Shown one piece after another: positions 39,963-49,102 of a DNA stretch of 64,000 bases (its first letter is position 1; each line of letters starts with the position of its first letter). The position numbers and the translations under genes were made by a program. A model generated the notes under the pieces. It saw only the letters and a list, made by a program, of their open reading frames with translations, was not told the DNA's origin and searched no databases. This DNA is from an uncultured delta proteobacterium. Lineage in GTDB: Bacteria > Myxococcota_A > Polyangia > Polyangiales > Houyiibacteriaceae. Location: contig CAVOVB010000010.1 of assembly GCA_963699755.1 (NCBI GenBank), positions 1 through 64,000 of the forward strand, read 5' to 3'.

Positions 39963-40823
39963 ATGCACGCCCTCCTGTTCATTCCTTGGTTTCGGCTCGA
40001 GGCCTGGGACATCCCTCTTCCGTTCTCGCTACCGGTCTTGGGAGATACCCTGTCGATTCAGCCCTTTGGCGTTCTGGTTGCGACTGGCGTGCTGCTCGGC
40101 GCATGGGTCGCAGGCCGCTTCGCCCGACGCAATGACCTCGACCCCGTGGCTACCGGCGACCTTGTCACCTACGCGGTCGTTACCGGATTCATTCTCGGGT
40201 ACTTCCTCAATGGCCTCTTCTACGAGCGGGATGCCTTGATGGAGATCCTGCGTGAGCCCTCGCGACTCTTTTCCACCTGGCTCGGGCTCTCGTCCTACGG
40301 CGGTTTCTTTGGCGGAATCCTCGGCTGCTTCATCTGGAAGTATCGAAAGAAGATGGAGCTCCTACCCTATGCAAACGCGGTTTGTTTCGGTTTGCCTTTC
40401 GGATGGCTATTCGGACGCATGGGTTGCTTCGTGGTCCACGACCATGCCGGAAAGGTCACCGACTTTGCGCTTGCCGTCGCCGACTACCGATTCGGCGCCC
40501 CTCCCTATCAGCCACGCCACGACCTTGGCCTTTACGAGGTGCTCTACTCGGCCTTGATCATCGCCCTCTTCCTTGGGCTCGAGTACCGAAGGCGTCGTCC
40601 CGTAGGCTTCTACTGCGTGCTCTTGCCTTTGGCGTATGCGCCGGTTCGATTCTTCCTCGACTTCCTACGGGCTGCGCCGCTCGAGGGCGGCGACATTCGG
40701 TATGCCGGGCTGACCCCAGCGCAGTGGTCCTCGATCGCCATGGTCTGCGTCGGCCTGGCGGTTTGGCAGTTCGGCGTGAGGCCACGCATGAACGCCGGCG
40801 AACCGCAGAACGTGAGCAGCTGA
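39963..40823 (+). CDS. lgt: Prolipoprotein diacylglyceryl transferase
   Basis: Multi-TM; GLSSYGGFFG, FGRMGCF, RH..LYE, RFFLDFLR. Confidence 0.88.
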   Translation: MHALLFIPWFRLEAWDIPLPFSLPVLGDTLSIQPFGVLVATGVLLGAWVAGRFARRNDLDPVATGDLVTYAVVTGFILGYFLNGLFYERDALMEILREPSRLFSTWLGLSSYGGFFGGILGCFIWKYRKKMELLPYANAVCFGLPFGWLFGRMGCFVVHDHAGKVTDFALAVADYRFGAPPYQPRHDLGLYEVLYSALIIALFLGLEYRRRRPVGFYCVLLPLAYAPVRFFLDFLRAAPLEGGDIRYAGLTPAQWSSIAMVCVGLAVWQFGVRPRMNAGEPQNVSS

Positions 40824-40826
40824 GCG

Positions 40827-43205
40827 TTACTTGAGCGAGACGACGGTGACTTGCGGACCGCCCTCGTCCTGCGTCCCCTCCCGAAATCCTTCGACGTACC
40901 CGGCGTCTCGCGTGAGATGGTCGTGGATGGCTGCTCGGAGCGCACCGCTGCCGACGCCGTGGACGATGAACGCGGTCGGCTCGGCCGCGCCGTACATCCG
41001 ATCGAGAAACGCCTCTGCCAAGGAGACTGCTTCGTCTGCGCGAAGGCCACGCACGTCGAGTGTGTTGTCCACGGTTCGGAGAACCCGCTGTTGCTTGGGC
41101 TGCGTTCCCGTAACGGGTCGCGGCTCCTTGGGCGCAGACCCAGTGACCTGCTGGAGTCCGCGGAGATCGCTCAGATCGACCCAGAGCTTCATCATGCCTG
41201 CCGCCACGCGGACCTTTCCGCGCGCCGGCCCTTCCACCACATCGGCGACGCTCCGAAGCCTTTCAACCCAGACGCGATCGCCTGTTCGGACTGCCGTTGG
41301 ATCCAACTGCGAGGTCTGCACCGGCTCCGGCTCGAGCGATACGCGATGGCGATCCACCTCGCCGAGAACCCCAGCCGCGTCGCTCAGGACTTGAGCGGCA
41401 GCTGAAACCGACTCGGATTCGGCGCGCTCGCGGAGCGCCTTCTTAGCCTGCTCGAGCCGTCGGTGAAGCTCCCTCAGCTCGTCGACCAGCTTCTGGGCTT
41501 CCCGGCCGAGCGTCTTCGCGTCGCGCGCCTTGAGCTCTTGGCGACGGATGTCGAGCTGCGCGCGCTCTTCCCTGACTTGCGCCCGCTCGTCTCTTAGCAC
41601 GGCTCGTTCCTCGAGCACGGCCTTGGTTGCGGTGTCGAGCTTGGCGACCAGCGTCTCGAAGCTCCGAGAGTGCTCCGGCAGCGCCGTGCGCGCCTCATCG
41701 ACCACCTCGGCAGGAATGCCGAAACGACTCGCGATCTCGAGTGCGTTCGACCCTCCAGGAACACCCATCCTCAATCGGAACGTGGGGGCCATCTCGTCGA
41801 AGTCGAAGCCCACCGATGCGTTGCGCATCTCGTCGCGCTCGGCCGCGAGCGCCTTCAGGGCTTCATAGTGGGTCGTGACCGCAACAGCGGTGCCACGTTC
41901 GACCAGCTTCTTTACAATCGCGCAGGCCAAGGCGGCGCCGGCTTCGGGGTCCGTTGCGCCTGCGAGCTCGTCGAGCAAGACCAGCACGCGTTCGCCGGCC
42001 TGCTCGAGCACGCTCTTGAGGGTGACGAGGTGCGCAGAGAAGGTCGAAAGGCTTCGCGCAAGACTCTGCTCGTCGCCCACCGCCGCCAGCACGGGCGCGA
42101 AGAACCCACAAACGCTACCCTCTGCAACGGGGACCGCGAGCCCTGCTCGGGTCATGAGCACTGCCAGGCCCAGCATCTTGAGCGCCACGGTCTTACCACC
42201 GGCATTGGGTCCGGAGATGACCAGGGCCTCGCCACCGCTGAGCTCGATGTCGTTAGGAACGACCTCGATGCCTCGGAGGAGCAGAAGCGGGTGACGCGCC
42301 TCTCGGAGGGAAATCCGGGGCTCCTCGCAGAGCTCGACGAATTCCGCCCGCAGGTCGATCGCCAGCTTGGCGCTCGCGCTGCGCAGGTCCGCGTGGTCGA
42401 GTGCTTCGGCAGCAGCACGGAGCTGAGGCACGTATTGGCGAACCAAATCGGAGAGCGCGGCGAGGATTCTCCGCTCCTCACGTTCGAGCTCGGCCTGAGC
42501 CATTTTGAGCCGGTTGCCACGTTCCACCAGCTCGCGAGGCTCCACGAAAACCGTCGCACCGCTCGCACTCGAGCCGTGCACGATACCGTGGAAGCGCTCA
42601 TGCGCGTCGGCGCGAATCGGCAGCACGTAGCGGCCCTCCCGAATCGTGAAGAACGAGTCCTGGAGGATCGCGCTTCGCTTAACGATTAGGTCCTCGAGCC
42701 GCCGAATGATGCGCGCGCGAAGGTTGCCCGCCTCTTCGCGAAGACGCGCGAGCTCGGCGCTTGCCGAGTCGAGGATTGTTCCGTCGTCGGCGATCGACAT
42801 CCCGACTTCTTCTTCTAGACCATCGAGAGTCGGATCGATCGCACAGACACGATACAGATGCGGAACGCTGTCTTTGCGTTGACCGAGGAACCGCCGAAGC
42901 GTAGCGGACGCGCGCAGCGTCAGGCGGATGTCTTTGAGCGCGCTCCCGTCGAGCACTCCTTCACGCTCTAGATGTTGCAGCGAAGCCGTGACCTCACAGA
43001 TGCCGTCGAGAGGCAGAGGCTCGTTCCGGATGAGTAGACTCCATGCTTCTTTCGCCTCGGTGAGTGCGCATTCCGTCTGCTCGAAGGAATCGGCAAGCGT
43101 CAACGACAGTCGTTTGCCGAGCGGACCCTTGCAACGCTCCGCGACCGCCTGCTCCACCTGGTCCCACTCGAGATCGGCTAGCGTCTTTTGCTCGGCCTCA
43201 CTCAC
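40827..43205 (-). CDS. mutS2: MutS2 with Smr domain
   Basis: ISGPNAGGKT, SLSTFSAH, LLDELAGATDP, LDVRG...IVHGVGSG. Confidence 0.95.
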   Translation of the reverse strand: MSEAEQKTLADLEWDQVEQAVAERCKGPLGKRLSLTLADSFEQTECALTEAKEAWSLLIRNEPLPLDGICEVTASLQHLEREGVLDGSALKDIRLTLRASATLRRFLGQRKDSVPHLYRVCAIDPTLDGLEEEVGMSIADDGTILDSASAELARLREEAGNLRARIIRRLEDLIVKRSAILQDSFFTIREGRYVLPIRADAHERFHGIVHGSSASGATVFVEPRELVERGNRLKMAQAELEREERRILAALSDLVRQYVPQLRAAAEALDHADLRSASAKLAIDLRAEFVELCEEPRISLREARHPLLLLRGIEVVPNDIELSGGEALVISGPNAGGKTVALKMLGLAVLMTRAGLAVPVAEGSVCGFFAPVLAAVGDEQSLARSLSTFSAHLVTLKSVLEQAGERVLVLLDELAGATDPEAGAALACAIVKKLVERGTAVAVTTHYEALKALAAERDEMRNASVGFDFDEMAPTFRLRMGVPGGSNALEIASRFGIPAEVVDEARTALPEHSRSFETLVAKLDTATKAVLEERAVLRDERAQVREERAQLDIRRQELKARDAKTLGREAQKLVDELRELHRRLEQAKKALRERAESESVSAAAQVLSDAAGVLGEVDRHRVSLEPEPVQTSQLDPTAVRTGDRVWVERLRSVADVVEGPARGKVRVAAGMMKLWVDLSDLRGLQQVTGSAPKEPRPVTGTQPKQQRVLRTVDNTLDVRGLRADEAVSLAEAFLDRMYGAAEPTAFIVHGVGSGALRAAIHDHLTRDAGYVEGFREGTQDEGGPQVTVVSLK

Positions 43206-44779
43206 TTAGCCCACTCGGGAACCTTGAGGTCCGAGGAACGGGCTGCTGCCGGACGATTTCGTTTCGGAGCCTGGAAGTTGCGAGGCTTGGTGCGGGGCTT
43301 CTTGGGGGTTTCGAGCTCTATCAAAACGGTTTCCTCTTCGCTCGGGGTAATCGCGGCGCGTCCCGTCCGTTTACCAAGCTTTGCGCGAAGCACCAGGGTC
43401 GCCCCTCGCTCGACCGCGAGCGTACAAGGCGTCGCTCCGCATGCCGCCGCACCGCCGTCGTACACGATGGCGGCGCCCGCTGGATCGCTCGCCACATGGA
43501 CGTTGACCAAGGTCGGCTCCGGCTCCGGCGCAAGCTCGGGGACCGGCGACGCCTGCTCGACGAGCTCCCGCGCTTCGGCGAGGGGACGCTGCTCGACCGG
43601 AACCGCACTCGCCCCCGCTTCGCCCCCGGGGCCCCTGAGGGATCCGGACACCAGCCAGGCGATTGCGCCCGCGGCACCCAGCGCGGCACTTACCCAAAGC
43701 AAGGGACGGGTCTTCCGCCGCGGCAACACGTCCCGGTCACCCAGCAAGGGCAGACCGAGAGCGGACGGCGGCGTTCGCCGCGTCGCCCGGCTCACACGGC
43801 CGTCGAGGGCGCATACGATAGCCTCGGCCAGCTCCTCGGTGTCGTGGTAGCGGTCGTCGGGGCTCTTGGCGAGCGCCTTGCGGATGACGAGCTCGAGCTC
43901 CTGGCTGACCCTGGCATCTGGGTTCACCTGGTCGATAGGTGGCGCTTCCGCCGTCAAGTGCTGGGTGAGGATCCCCATGAACGTATCGCCTTCGAACGGC
44001 ACGCGTCCCGCGAGACACTCGTAGAGGATGATACCCAACGCGTACACGTCGACCCGGTGGTCCAGGTCCCTTCCCCCCGCCTGCTCAGGCGACATGTATT
44101 CGGGCGTACCGAAAATCATTCCCGTCTTGGTAAGCTTGCGTCCGGGTGCGCCGTCGGTTTCGATGTCGCTCATCTTCGCAATGCCGAAGTCGACGATCTT
44201 CACGAAGTCATCGACGCCATCGCGTTTGGTCAAAAAGATGTTCTCGGGTTTGATGTCGCGATGGACGATGCCCGTGGCATGGGCCGCAGAGAGAGCGCGG
44301 CAGCACTGAAGCACGATGTCACAGGCTCGCTCCGCCGAGATCGTGTTCTTCTTGCCCAGGACGTTGCCCAGGTCCTCTCCTTCGAGGAACTCCATGACGA
44401 AGTAGCTTGCGCCCCGCGTAGTCTCGCCAAAGTCGAAGATGTCGACGATGTTCTCATGTCCGATTCGCGATGCGCTCCTGGCTTCCTGGCGGAAGCGCGC
44501 CACGACCTCGGGGCGCCGCGAGAGGTCATCACGCAGCACTTTGATGGCCACGCGCTTGTCGATATCGCGATGGAGGCCTTCGTAGACCAGGCCCATGCCG
44601 CCTTCGCCGATCCGGCTCTTCACCAGATAGCGGCCAGCCAGCACGTTGCCAATGAGCGGATCGTTCGGGTCGAGCGGGCTAGCGCTAATCTGCGAGGTCG
44701 TGACTAGACGCGTGGCATCGACCGGACAGAACACCTCTCCGCCGCCGTAGTCGACTCTGCAGGCGGGACATACCTTCAT
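43202..44779 (-). CDS. Membrane Ser/Thr protein kinase (N-terminal CxxC ribbon, TM, PEGA-like C-terminus)
   Basis: IGEGGMG, VAIK, HRDIKPEN, DFG, GTPEYMSPE. Confidence 0.95.
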   Translation of the reverse strand: MKVCPACRVDYGGGEVFCPVDATRLVTTSQISASPLDPNDPLIGNVLAGRYLVKSRIGEGGMGLVYEGLHRDIDKRVAIKVLRDDLSRRPEVVARFRQEARSASRIGHENIVDIFDFGETTRGASYFVMEFLEGEDLGNVLGKKNTISAERACDIVLQCCRALSAAHATGIVHRDIKPENIFLTKRDGVDDFVKIVDFGIAKMSDIETDGAPGRKLTKTGMIFGTPEYMSPEQAGGRDLDHRVDVYALGIILYECLAGRVPFEGDTFMGILTQHLTAEAPPIDQVNPDARVSQELELVIRKALAKSPDDRYHDTEELAEAIVCALDGRVSRATRRTPPSALGLPLLGDRDVLPRRKTRPLLWVSAALGAAGAIAWLVSGSLRGPGGEAGASAVPVEQRPLAEARELVEQASPVPELAPEPEPTLVNVHVASDPAGAAIVYDGGAAACGATPCTLAVERGATLVLRAKLGKRTGRAAITPSEEETVLIELETPKKPRTKPRNFQAPKRNRPAAARSSDLKVPEWAK

Positions 44780-44904
44780 ATCGGTGAATTCCCTCTTGAC
44801 TCCCCCCAAATCACGGTAGCATCGCGATTCAGCAAGGGTCAACGAAGGGAGCGGAATAGCCGCCCCGCGTTGCCAAACCGATCCAGCTTTGATAGGCGCA
44901 GGCC

Positions 44905-46578
44905 GTGGGTCCGACGGTACGATTGCTCGACGATACCCTGATCGACCAAATCGCTGCGGGCGAGGTCATCGAGCGGCCCGCCAACCTCGTCAAAGAGTTG
45001 CTGGAGAACGCGATCGACGCCCAGGCTAGGTCGATTACCGTGTCAGTGGAAGACGGAGGACGCGGCCAGGTTCGGGTGACCGACGACGGGATGGGCATGT
45101 CGGCTGAGGACGCGGCCCTGAGCATTCAACGACATGCGACGAGTAAGATCGCCTCTTTCGACGACCTGGTTTGTGTCTCCACGCTGGGTTTTCGAGGAGA
45201 GGCCCTTCCCGCCATCGGCTCGGTGTCGAGGATGACGATCAGGAGTCGGCCCAAAGATGCGCTCGAAGGAACCCGCATCCTGGTCGAAGGCGGGGAGCTG
45301 CGGGACGTCTCGCCGGTCGGATGCCCCCCCGGAACGACCGTCGAAGTGAGCGACCTCTTCTACAACGTGCCGGCGCGAAAGAAGTTTCTTCGCGCTCGTC
45401 AGACTGAAACCTCGCGCATTTTCGAGGTTTGTCAGCGGGTCGCCCTGAGCCATCCGGAGCTGCGCCTCATCGTGACTTCCGAGGGGCGGACGGCGCGGCA
45501 GTATCTCCCAACGAGCAGCCTTGCCGAGCGGGCGTCCCAGGTTTTCGGCGATCTCGCGCTAGAGCCAATCCACACGGAACGAGACGGTCTGATCCTCGAC
45601 GCGGTGTTCGCCCCGATCGAGCTGGCCCGCGCCGGAGCCCGGCACCTTTTTCTCTTCGTCAATGCGCGTCCCATCAGCGATCGCAGGCTCGCCCGTGCGA
45701 TCGCGTTCGCGTACGGGGATCGACTGCCCCCCGGGCACTATCCGCGGGGGCTGGTGTCGCTTCGGCTCGCCCCCGAAGACGTCGATGTCAACGCGCACCC
45801 GCAGAAGACGGAAGTACGCTTCAAGCGGGCTGCTCAACTCGTCGACCTGGTGACCCGAATGATCGCAGCGCGACTCCCGGCGTCGCCTCCGGGCGACGCC
45901 TATTGGGAGGCTCGCATCGGAGCGTCGGGACCGCTAAGGAACGAGCGCAAAACCGAGAACGGCGAAAGCGGATTGCGGGCGACGCCAGCGGTGGCGCAGC
46001 CGGCTGACCCCTATCAAGCGCGGCGCGCGAACGGGCTTCGGCTCGTTGCTCGCATTCGTGATCGCGTCTTGGTATGCGAGTCGGCGGATCAGATTCTTCT
46101 TCTCGATCGCGAACGCGCCGAAGCCCTGGTTCGCTACGACGCGCTTCGCGAAGCCGCAGAGGCTGGCGCCCTGGCGCATCACAATCTTCTCTTTCCGGAT
46201 CGACTCGAGCTCGCGCCATCCAAGGAGGCCGCGGTCAAACGCCACGAGACCGTCCTTCGCTCCCTGGGCTTCGACTGGTCCGAGCTCGGAGAGGGTTCGT
46301 ACGTGGTGCGAGCCGTCCCCGCTTTGCTGGCCCATGCTCGGGCCGCGGTGCTCTTCGAGGATGCCCTCGCAACCCTTCACAAAGGCGGCGAGGACTCGCG
46401 GGCCGCCGCGCTCCGCGCATTGGCCGCCCGTGCGGCGACCCCCAATGGTGAGCCCATGGACGAGGATACGACGGCGCTCATCGTCGCGAAGGTCTGGCCG
46501 GACCGAGAGAGCCATCGCTCCTGCATTCTCGGCCGAGTGCCGCTGCCGCGTGCTGGCGCGGAGAGCAGCGTTGTCTGA
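44905..46578 (+). CDS. mutL: DNA mismatch repair protein MutL (degenerate C-terminal domain)
   Basis: IAAGEVIERP, ELLENAIDA, HATSKI, LGFRGEAL, VDVNAHPQKTEV. Confidence 0.95.
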   Translation: MGPTVRLLDDTLIDQIAAGEVIERPANLVKELLENAIDAQARSITVSVEDGGRGQVRVTDDGMGMSAEDAALSIQRHATSKIASFDDLVCVSTLGFRGEALPAIGSVSRMTIRSRPKDALEGTRILVEGGELRDVSPVGCPPGTTVEVSDLFYNVPARKKFLRARQTETSRIFEVCQRVALSHPELRLIVTSEGRTARQYLPTSSLAERASQVFGDLALEPIHTERDGLILDAVFAPIELARAGARHLFLFVNARPISDRRLARAIAFAYGDRLPPGHYPRGLVSLRLAPEDVDVNAHPQKTEVRFKRAAQLVDLVTRMIAARLPASPPGDAYWEARIGASGPLRNERKTENGESGLRATPAVAQPADPYQARRANGLRLVARIRDRVLVCESADQILLLDRERAEALVRYDALREAAEAGALAHHNLLFPDRLELAPSKEAAVKRHETVLRSLGFDWSELGEGSYVVRAVPALLAHARAAVLFEDALATLHKGGEDSRAAALRALAARAATPNGEPMDEDTTALIVAKVWPDRESHRSCILGRVPLPRAGAESSVV

Positions 46579-47503
46579 ACGCCTTCAGCCGATTCTCGTG
46601 ATCGCCGGCCCGACGGCCACGGGCAAGACCGGCGCGGCCATCGAGCTAGCTCTTCGACTGGGCGGCGAGCTGGTAGGCGCCGATAGCGTCCAGGTGTACC
46701 GCGGCTTCGACATCGGATCTGCAAAGCCGACCGCCCTGGAGCTCCGAGGCGTGGCCCACCACCTCATCGACGTGTTCGACCCAAATCAAGAAGTGGACGC
46801 CGTGGCGTACGCCGAGCTCGCGGACGCCTCCATTCGAGACATCGCGGGCCGCAGGAGGCTGCCGATCGTCGTCGGTGGAACTGGACTTTGGATTCGTGCG
46901 CTCCTCCGCGGGCTCGTCGAGGTCCCTGCGGTCGACCAGGAAATCCGCAGTCGCCTGGAAGCTGCGGCAAAGAAGCACGGCGCCCCAGCGCTTCACGCAC
47001 GACTCGCCGGAGTGGATCCGATTTCCGCCGGGGCAATCCATCCGCACGACAGCATGCGCATCGTCCGTGCTCTCGAAGTGCACGAGCAGACTGGAACGCC
47101 GCTCGGCACGCTCCGCGCCGCGCACGCGCTCGGCAAGCCTAGGTACCGGGCGCTCTTCATCTCGCTCGACCTGGACCGGGAGCGACATGGCGCCGTAATC
47201 GAAGACCGCGCTAGGCAGATGCTCGAAGCCGGCTGGATCGACGAGGTGCGGTCTCTGCGCGAGCGATGGGGCGACGAGATTCGTGCCTTCGGTAGCGTCG
47301 GGTACCGCGAGGTCTTGGATCACCTTCGTAGCAGGGTCCCGCTGGAGGAAACCCGGCGCAGGATAGGAAAATCAACCCGGGTCTATGCGCGCCGGCAGCG
47401 AACCTGGTTCAGAAGCGAACCCGGTGTAAGCTGGCGCTGCGAAAGCGCCGAGCTCCGCCAGCAGAGTTGCATCGACCGCATCGCAGAGGAGCTGGGGCTT
47501 TGA
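46571..47503 (+). CDS. miaA: tRNA dimethylallyltransferase
   Basis: AGPTATGKT, DSVQVYRGFDIGSAKP, VGGTGLW, YARRQRTW; TTG start overlapping mutL. Confidence 0.96.
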   Translation: MSERLQPILVIAGPTATGKTGAAIELALRLGGELVGADSVQVYRGFDIGSAKPTALELRGVAHHLIDVFDPNQEVDAVAYAELADASIRDIAGRRRLPIVVGGTGLWIRALLRGLVEVPAVDQEIRSRLEAAAKKHGAPALHARLAGVDPISAGAIHPHDSMRIVRALEVHEQTGTPLGTLRAAHALGKPRYRALFISLDLDRERHGAVIEDRARQMLEAGWIDEVRSLRERWGDEIRAFGSVGYREVLDHLRSRVPLEETRRRIGKSTRVYARRQRTWFRSEPGVSWRCESAELRQQSCIDRIAEELGL

Positions 47504-48138
47504 ACTTTTTCGGACATGCTGTCGTTGCGAGCTGGAGCGACCGCCGTGCAGGACACCTGCTCGGCAGTATGTTGCCCGACTTCGAAGCGATGGTCGGTGT
47601 CCCTCTGCTCGAGGTGCGTGATCCAGACATGCAGCGTGGAATCGCCCTGCATCATCGAACCGATGGCGCGTTTCATCGAACCCCTTCTTTTCTCGCTTCA
47701 TCCTCCGATGCGCTCCATGCGCTGAGCGAGGCCGGCGTACGACGCGGAACGGCCCGCGCCGTCGCTCACATCGGAACCGAGATGTTTCTGGACGGCTGGC
47801 TAGTGCGCGAACGGAGCCACATCGACGACTACCTGTCGGCGCTCGAGCTCGACACGAACGCACTGCTCGACTGGAGGGACCAGGGGCACGCGTTCTCGAA
47901 GCTCCAGGCTCGCCTCGGCGTCTGGGGAGCGCCGCGGGAATACGCCGAGCCCGCTTTCGTCTTTGCCAGGCTCAGCGACGCTCTTCGGCATCGCCCGGCC
48001 TTGGCGCTGCAGGAGGAACACGCCGTCCGGATCGCGCGCTACCTTCCCTGCTTGCAACGCCTGGTCGAGCGGCGCGCCCCAGAACTGCTCAAAGAGCTAA
48101 GGGACGCGTTAGGCTTGGGAGACCGAGATGCTCGATAA
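47500..48138 (+). CDS. ACP phosphodiesterase (AcpH)-like metal-dependent hydrolase
   Basis: NFFGH, GSMLPD, GIALHHRTD..FH, HIGTEMFLD. Confidence 0.65.
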   Translation: MNFFGHAVVASWSDRRAGHLLGSMLPDFEAMVGVPLLEVRDPDMQRGIALHHRTDGAFHRTPSFLASSSDALHALSEAGVRRGTARAVAHIGTEMFLDGWLVRERSHIDDYLSALELDTNALLDWRDQGHAFSKLQARLGVWGAPREYAEPAFVFARLSDALRHRPALALQEEHAVRIARYLPCLQRLVERRAPELLKELRDALGLGDRDAR

Positions 48139-49102
48139 GGGGGGGCCACGCAGCGCAAGCGGCCAGAAGCGCAAGCGCTACCTCAGGTGGGGTCGAATCG
48201 CGGTGACAGTGGGAGCGGTGGGTTACCTGGCGAGCCTGGTCGACCCGCGCGATGTTCTCAACGCGTTTCAGCGCCTCTCGCTCGGGGCCGCGCTGACCGC
48301 GATCGCCGTCGTCCTGCTGGGACTCTGCTGCGGAATGGCTCGGTGGCGACTCCTGTTGCGAGCGTACGGCGCGATCGACGTTCCCCCCTGGCCTCGCATC
48401 GCCCACCTGTACTTCGTCGGCCACTTCTACAACACCTACGCGCCAGGCGGCGTGGGCGGCGACGTGATCCGAGGCGTGGCGGGTCGGAAGGCGTTTGGTG
48501 ACCTCGACCTGGCGAGCGCCACGAGCGGCGTCGCGGTCGTCTTCATCGAGCGAGTGATTGGAGTTTCTGCGCTCCTCGTGTTGGCGACGGGCGCCTACCT
48601 GATTCGACCGATTCCTGGAGTGGAGAATCTGGGCGTCTGGGCGGCGCTCGGCCTCGGGGCAGCCGCCGCCGCGTTGATCGGCATCGCCGTCGCGCCTCGG
48701 CTCGCTCCCCTCCTGCCCGAGAGACTCGGCAAACCCATACGCGCACTCCCTCGCCTTTTCTCGATCGGACCCTTCCTCGCCGCCATCGCTCTCTCGTTGG
48801 TCATCCACTTCATCAACATCGTCGCCGGCCACGCGATCATGCATTCCCTCGATCCGTCGGTGACCTTCGCCCAGTCAGCGGTCGCGATGCCTCTGATCGG
48901 CGCGTCCGCGTTTTTCCCTTTCACCGTCGGAGGCGCGGGCGTTCGGGAGGCGGCGTTCATCGCTCTGTACGGGGCCGTCGGCGTCCCCACGTCGAGCGCC
49001 ATCGCCGGGTCGCTGAGCTTCTGGGCCGTACAGTTGCTCACCGCAGCGATTGGCGGCGTGATCAATCTTCTGGTTCCGCTATCGGGACGAGATCGTGACT
49101 GA
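48128..49102 (+). CDS. UPF0104 / LPG-synthase TM-domain (flippase-like) membrane protein
   Basis: ARWRLLL, FYNTYAPGGVGGDVIR, FIERVIG, PFTVGGAGVRE. Confidence 0.88.
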   Translation: MLDKGGPRSASGQKRKRYLRWGRIAVTVGAVGYLASLVDPRDVLNAFQRLSLGAALTAIAVVLLGLCCGMARWRLLLRAYGAIDVPPWPRIAHLYFVGHFYNTYAPGGVGGDVIRGVAGRKAFGDLDLASATSGVAVVFIERVIGVSALLVLATGAYLIRPIPGVENLGVWAALGLGAAAAALIGIAVAPRLAPLLPERLGKPIRALPRLFSIGPFLAAIALSLVIHFINIVAGHAIMHSLDPSVTFAQSAVAMPLIGASAFFPFTVGGAGVREAAFIALYGAVGVPTSSAIAGSLSFWAVQLLTAAIGGVINLLVPLSGRDRD

